Assembly (NCBI GenBank): GCA_903928565.1
Contig: CAIYRH010000007.1
Coordinates: 14,139-78,138, forward strand
Reading direction: 5' to 3'
DNA length: 64,000 bases
DNA from: Candidatus Staskawiczbacteria bacterium
GTDB lineage: Bacteria; Patescibacteriota; Minisyncoccia; Minisyncoccales; Staskawiczbacteraceae
The position numbers and the translations under genes are program-made. Numbering within the stretch: the first letter of the stretch is position 1; the number at the start of each line of letters is the position of its first letter. Positions 59,384 through 64,000 of this stretch are shown here, in pieces. The notes beneath the pieces are model-generated. The model had not been told where the DNA came from. It worked only from the letters and a program-made list of their open reading frames with translations, and ran no database searches.

Positions 59384-59543
59384 TCACTCAGGTATTTGCT
59401 TCAGAAACACAGCGTCGTTTGAAATCGCATTTTAAATTTATACAATTTCAAACGCGCTTGTAACTCAGCGCCCACAACGGGGCGCTTCCGTTACCGTTTC
59501 TTTCGCAAAAACCTTCGCTATTTATAAGTAAACAAAAAAGGGG

Positions 59544-60245
59544 TTAGGCCCCTTTTTTTGTTTCTTCGGTTTCTGAGAAGTTTCCATCTTCAAACCTAAT
59601 CCCCTCTTGTGACTCGCCAAAAGGCGGGTCTTTTTTTGGCGCGTGAAGTTGCTTTTGAAGATAATTAATTTGAGACACTAACAACTGTTTTGTATTTCTT
59701 GCGTCGCCAATTACCTTTTCTATTATGCCCTGCATAAATTTTTCTCTTTCTATTAGTTCGTTATCTTTGGCCTTATAGTCGCCAAGCAGGGACTCGTATT
59801 TTTTAATCCAATCCTTTTTCTCGGCCCGGTCTTCTTTTAAGAGTTCTAAAAACTCTCGGTCAATGGCTACCTGATTATCCGCTAAGGCAGATTCGCTTAG
59901 GCGGTTAAGTTCGGCTTGCGAGGGTGCTTCTGGCGGGACCGCATAAGCGGTACCGCTTAAGCGGTCTGGGGTACCGCTTAAGCGGTTTTGGCTGTTTTCG
60001 TCGGACCGCTTAAGCGGTTCCGCATAAGCGGTTTCTTTGGCCACGGCGTCCAGTTCTTTTACCCAAAAATCTTCTTTCAAAAGAATGATATTTCCAACCC
60101 CTTTGTCGTGCCTTTCGCTTAAATTCCCCTCTAATTTTTGGGGTTCTACCAGTTTATACTTTCGAATTCTTCTTCTAATTCTAATGTCGGCAACATCATA
60201 TTTTTGAATAAATTCTTGTATGGTTAGGAAGTCATTATTGTTCAT
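59544..60245 (-). CDS. Putative DNA-binding protein: N-terminal HTH-like region, repeat linker, coiled coil
   Basis: FLTIQEFIQKYDVADIRIRRRIRK start, C-terminal heptads; TTGACA-N17-TAGAAT promoter at 60388-60360. Confidence 0.75.
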   Translation of the reverse strand: MNNNDFLTIQEFIQKYDVADIRIRRRIRKYKLVEPQKLEGNLSERHDKGVGNIILLKEDFWVKELDAVAKETAYAEPLKRSDENSQNRLSGTPDRLSGTAYAVPPEAPSQAELNRLSESALADNQVAIDREFLELLKEDRAEKKDWIKKYESLLGDYKAKDNELIEREKFMQGIIEKVIGDARNTKQLLVSQINYLQKQLHAPKKDPPFGESQEGIRFEDGNFSETEETKKGA

Positions 60246-60347
60246 TTTTTTGTTTTTTTTAGAGACCGCTTAAGCGGTACCGCTTAAGCGGTGGGGGTAC
60301 CGCTTAAGCGCTTTTGGTGACCGCTTAAGCGGTATCGCTTAAGCGGT
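59892..60347. repeat. Array of 11 copies of the palindrome ACCGCTTAAGCGGT
   Basis: Copies start at 59892, 59938, 59952, 59973, 60005, 60019, 60265, 60279, 60299, 60320, 60334. Confidence 0.95.
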
Positions 60348-60440
60348 TGTTATTAACTAATTCTATCAATGCCAGCAACCCCTGTCAACCATTATCTGTA
60401 TCCCCTTGACCACTCTCTATGACAATATGATATAATAAAC

Positions 60441-60721
60441 TCAGGTTAACATTATGTTAACCTGAAAATATAATGAGCAAAATATATATAGAAAGTAAAA
60501 TACAAATAGAGAAAAATTTTTATACGATAATTGAATTGGCAAAAATATTGAAGATTAGCAGAATATCTGTTTTCAAAAGAGTGAGGCAGGGCTCGATTGT
60601 GGGTCAAAAGCTTGGCCGTAATTTTGTTATTATGAAAAAAGATATCGATTTAAAGAAGTTAATGGAAATAGTAAAACATAATTAGCCGGCGCAGCCCAGG
60701 TTAACATAATGTTAACCTGGG
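60441..60721. repeat. Two CAGGTTAACATWATGTTAACCTG palindromes flanking a small HTH gene
   Basis: Copies at 60441-60465 and 60695-60721. Confidence 0.9.
60473..60685 (+). CDS. Excisionase-like (HTH_17) small DNA-binding protein
   Basis: FYTIIELAKILKISRISVFKRVRQGSI.G.KLGRNFVI. Confidence 0.8.
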   Translation: MSKIYIESKIQIEKNFYTIIELAKILKISRISVFKRVRQGSIVGQKLGRNFVIMKKDIDLKKLMEIVKHN

Positions 60722-60750
60722 GTCGAGACTAGGTAAATGAATTTAATTTT

Positions 60751-61359
60751 ATGGAAAGAAAAATAAACACTTTTATATTTGATTGCTTTGGCGTTGTATG
60801 TGACTCTGTGTTGAGCAATTGGTATAAAGACAAAATAGTTAAGCGCGGGCTGAAAGACGAAAATTTAAAAAACGTTTTTGAACAGTTTGATTTGGGGAAA
60901 TTAACAGAAGAAGACATTATTACTTATTTTTTAAAATATGAGGGAATCAATTCAACTAGGGAAGAGCTTCGAGAAGAAATAGACAGCTATTTAAAATTAG
61001 ATGAAGTCTTAGCAGACGCAATTATGAAATTAAAGGAAAAAGGCTTTAAAACAGTGCTTTTATCTAATGCGAATGCCGCATTTTTTCATAGGAAAATTTA
61101 TACAACTTACCCCTAATTTAAAAGTCTTTTTAATAATATTATTATTTCCTCTGAAGTTGGAATGACAAAGCCAGGAAAAGGCATATATGTGCATGCACTT
61201 GATAAAGTTGGTTCGACGCCGGAGGAATCTTTATTTATTGATGACAGCCAAGCAAATGTTGACGGCGCAGTAGCAGTCGGCATGGTGGGGTTTCTGTATA
61301 CCGATGTTGCATCTTTTTTAAATTATTTAAAAACTTTAGGAATTAATTTAGATAATTAA
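60751..61359 (+). pseudogene. HAD phosphatase with an in-frame TAA at 61114-61116
   Basis: FDCFGV...LLSNA...TYP*FKSLFNNIIISSEVGMTKP...FIDD reads in one frame. Confidence 0.8.
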
Positions 61360-61364
61360 TTTTT

Positions 61365-61754
61365 ATGGCGGAGCATAATTATGTGGGAAAAGTTGGGGAG
61401 GAGCTGGCTAAAAAATATTTGGAGGGGGAGGGGTATAAAATTTTAGAACAAAATTACCGGACAAAATATGCCGAGATTGATTTGGTGTGCGAGTCCGCCC
61501 AAGGCGGATTGCTCTTTGGTAAAAAAGCTAAGACACTTGTGTTTGTGGAGGTGCGCACAAAAGTTGGTGAAAATTTTGGAAGCCCCGAAGATACAATAAA
61601 TAAAGCGAAGTTGTGGAAAGTTTTGCAAAATGCAAAAAGCTATACTGGGTTTAAGAGGTGGGATGGGCCTTGTAGGATTGATGCAATATGCATTGTTTTA
61701 AGAGGCGACTATTCTGTTGTACGTCTAACGCATCACGAAAATATTGTCACGTAG
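61365..61754 (+). CDS. yraN: YraN family nuclease
   Basis: GEELA, NYR..YAEIDL, VFVEVR, RIDAI. Confidence 0.9.
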   Translation: MAEHNYVGKVGEELAKKYLEGEGYKILEQNYRTKYAEIDLVCESAQGGLLFGKKAKTLVFVEVRTKVGENFGSPEDTINKAKLWKVLQNAKSYTGFKRWDGPCRIDAICIVLRGDYSVVRLTHHENIVT

Positions 61755-61994
61755 TTATAACTGCTTGACACGGGTTCTTATAAATGAGACAATGAAGGTG
61801 AGGCGGGACACAGTGATGCAGGGTGCATCGTGATGCAAATGCATCAACCGTTCCAATTGGAACAACCCCACCTCAACCGCACCTTCCCAAACTGCTTTCC
61901 GCTTCCCCTTAGGCAACATCGTTGCCACCCCACACCCACCACCATTCTTCACCCACTCACTCAATCAAACCCACCCAAAACATTCTTCTCCCAT

Positions 61995-62017
61995 GCGTCT
62001 CTCACCAGACGCTTTTT
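61995..62017 (+). terminator. Intrinsic terminator
   Basis: gcgtct-ctcacc-agacgc-ttttt. Confidence 0.55.
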
Positions 62018-62140
62018 CCCTATATGGCCCCGCAATATTGACAGCGGGTTTTTATTTTGCTAAGATAATATAAAGATAAGAAAGATATTTTGTCCGTCTG
62101 ACCACGGGCTTTTATTTTTAAAAAAATTAAAAACAAAAAC

Positions 62141-63508
62141 ATGGATATAAAATCATTCAAAGGAGCTTTGGCTCAAATTGCAGAAGAAAGAGGAATTTCA
62201 CCAGAAAGAGTAATAGAAACAATTGAAGCTGCAATTGCAACAGCTTACAAAAAAGACTATGGCCAAAAAGGACAAAAAATTAAGGCCAAATTTAACCCTT
62301 CATCCGGGGATGTTAAGTTTTGGCAAATAAAATTGGTGGTGGACAATGATATGCTTTACACCGATGAAGAACTTGAAGAAATGCAAGAAAGAAAAGAAAT
62401 TCCTCAAGATGAAGCGCGAGCTGGCGAAGAGCCACCAAAAAAATATGTATTCAACCCCGAAAAACATATAATGATTGACGAGGCCAAAAAAGATTATCCT
62501 AAAATAAAAGTTGGAGAAGAAATTGAAATTGCTTTGGTTTCTAAACAAGATTACGGAAGAATTGCTGCTCAAACAGCAAAGCAAGTTATTTTGCAAAAAA
62601 TTAGAGAAGCCGAAAAAGAAACTGTTTCTGCAGAATATAGAAGTAAAGAAGGAGAAATTATTTCTGGAATTGTGCAGCGCATTGAAGGCCACACAATTTA
62701 CATTGATATTGGAAAAACCTTGGGAATTTTAAATAGAGAAGAGCAAATTCCCGGAGAATTTTACAGACCTGGGCAACGCCTAAAACTTTACATTTCAAAA
62801 GTGGAAGAAACGCCAAAAGGTAGCGTGGTGATACTTTCAAGGGCATACCCAAAATTAGTTTCAAGACTGTTTGAATTAGAAGTGCCCGAGGTTGCTGCCG
62901 GCACAGTTGTAATAAAAGCAATTGCGCGTGAGCCTGGTTTTAGAACAAAAATTGCAGTGGAATCTAATGAAGAGGGTGTTGACCCAATTGGAGCTTGCGT
63001 TGGACAGCGTGGAACCAGAATTATGGCGGTAATAAATGAATTGGGTGGAGAAAAAATTGACGTTATAACTTTTGATGAAAAACCTGAAAAATTTATTGCT
63101 AACAGTTTGTCACCCGCAAAAATTATTGGTGTGAAAGTTGAAGATAAAAATACGGCAACTGTTTTTGTGCCAGAAGACCAGCTTTCTTTGGCAATTGGAA
63201 AAGATGGCAGAAATGTAAGGTTGGCTGCACAATTAACTGGCTGGAAAATAGATATTAAGCCAACAGAAGTTGAGCCAGAACCCGCCGACGCCGAAGGCTC
63301 CGGCGAGGCGAAGGAAGAAGGGGCCGAAGTCGAAGGAAAAAAGGCAAAGAAAACAAAGAAACCCGCCACCGCAAAAGCTAAGAAGGCTAAAAAAGTTGTT
63401 GAGGATGAAGAAGCCGAAAATGATGAAGCCGATGTTGAAAATGCCGATGAAGTTGACGCAGCCGATGAAGAAAAACCCGAGCCAGTTGAAGGAGTTACAG
63501 AAGAATAA
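62141..63508 (+). CDS. nusA: Transcription termination factor NusA
   Basis: GRIAAQTAKQ, LFELEVPE, AREPGFRTK, SLAIGKDGRNVRLA. Confidence 0.97.
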   Translation: MDIKSFKGALAQIAEERGISPERVIETIEAAIATAYKKDYGQKGQKIKAKFNPSSGDVKFWQIKLVVDNDMLYTDEELEEMQERKEIPQDEARAGEEPPKKYVFNPEKHIMIDEAKKDYPKIKVGEEIEIALVSKQDYGRIAAQTAKQVILQKIREAEKETVSAEYRSKEGEIISGIVQRIEGHTIYIDIGKTLGILNREEQIPGEFYRPGQRLKLYISKVEETPKGSVVILSRAYPKLVSRLFELEVPEVAAGTVVIKAIAREPGFRTKIAVESNEEGVDPIGACVGQRGTRIMAVINELGGEKIDVITFDEKPEKFIANSLSPAKIIGVKVEDKNTATVFVPEDQLSLAIGKDGRNVRLAAQLTGWKIDIKPTEVEPEPADAEGSGEAKEEGAEVEGKKAKKTKKPATAKAKKAKKVVEDEEAENDEADVENADEVDAADEEKPEPVEGVTEE

Positions 63509-63518
63509 ATTTAAAATT

Positions 63519-64000
63519 ATGGGAGAACTTCCAAGACCAGAAGATTTGCCAGCACAGCTCGATGTTTTAAAAGCGGAGCATTTAGCTGAGGGCGTAAAAC
63601 CAATTATGGGTTGCGTTGGAACGCGTGAAGAATTTAAATATGATGTAGACAAGCTTGAAGACTTAGAGCAAATTGGCCATAATGTTGAATGGGCGGCTTC
63701 GCAAGATAAATTAGATAAACAAGACTTTAAGAATGCTGGCAGGGAGACTTATGCTATTTCCACAGTTGACTCTAAACCAAAATTTACAAAAAAATTATAC
63801 AAATGTACGAGTCTTGCAGTTGTGGGCGTTGACGCAACCACCGGCAAAGAAATATCTATTTTAACGCACCAAGACCCACAGAAATTTCTTGGAGAAGACA
63901 GCGAATTATTTAAAGACGATTTGGAAGCACGCGTTGGTGAAATGAAAAAAAGATGTTTGCCTGGCACAATTGATGCAGTTATTGCAGGAGGGCAATATGA
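63519..64000 (+). CDS. Hypothetical protein (partial), possible CheD/CNF1-like deamidase fold
   Basis: Manual translation MGELPRPED...LYKCTSLAVVG...SILTHQDP...AVIAGG; runs off window. Confidence 0.6.
   Translation, partial: MGELPRPEDLPAQLDVLKAEHLAEGVKPIMGCVGTREEFKYDVDKLEDLEQIGHNVEWAASQDKLDKQDFKNAGRETYAISTVDSKPKFTKKLYKCTSLAVVGVDATTGKEISILTHQDPQKFLGEDSELFKDDLEARVGEMKKRCLPGTIDAVIAGGQY

Noticed and set aside
59892..60347. Palindrome array as a CRISPR array
   Set aside because: The repeat is only 14 bp, gaps within clusters are mostly 0-7 bp and irregular, half the copies are inside an ORF, and there are no cas genes.
59892..60347. Canonical parS sites
   Set aside because: No resemblance to TGTTTCACGTGAAACA, and no parA or parB in the window.
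60441..60721. dif/Xer site
   Set aside because: The arms are separated by 1 bp rather than 6 bp, there is no XerC-type arm, and the site is near oriC.

Overview
AT-rich chromosomal window from a small-genome bacterium. Gene content and style (no Shine-Dalgarno motifs, a PrgI/VirB4/VirB6/pilin locus, a DUF5671-like protein, Cys-rich zinc-ribbon proteins) point to Patescibacteria/CPR, probably Parcubacteria; this is an inference. The window holds the replication origin (dnaN-dnaA-rpmH-rnpA-yidC-jag with DnaA boxes), repair and recombination genes (mutM, ruvB, ruvC), transformation genes (comEA-like, PilB/GspE ATPase, dprA, comM, yraN), a T4SS-like locus with very large pilin-fused Cys-rich proteins, rpsO-pnp, cca, nusA and four tRNAs. 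The strongest unexplained signal is an HTH + coiled-coil gene (59544-60245) carrying 11 copies of a 14-bp palindrome ACCGCTTAAGCGGT in its 5' UTR and coding linker, plus 2 more in front of comM. Both coding copies that would create a TAA stop are recoded to TAT. This resembles a RacA/ram- or pSK1 Par-like single-protein centromere or operator system. Other signals: three four-helix-bundle genes each enclosed by its own inverted heptamer arrays; several families of short palindromic inserts in conserved proteins and RNA loops; tRNA remnants around a GIY-YIG nuclease; candidate ncRNAs; an unannotated hyperacidic microprotein. All calls are by eye, with no database searches.
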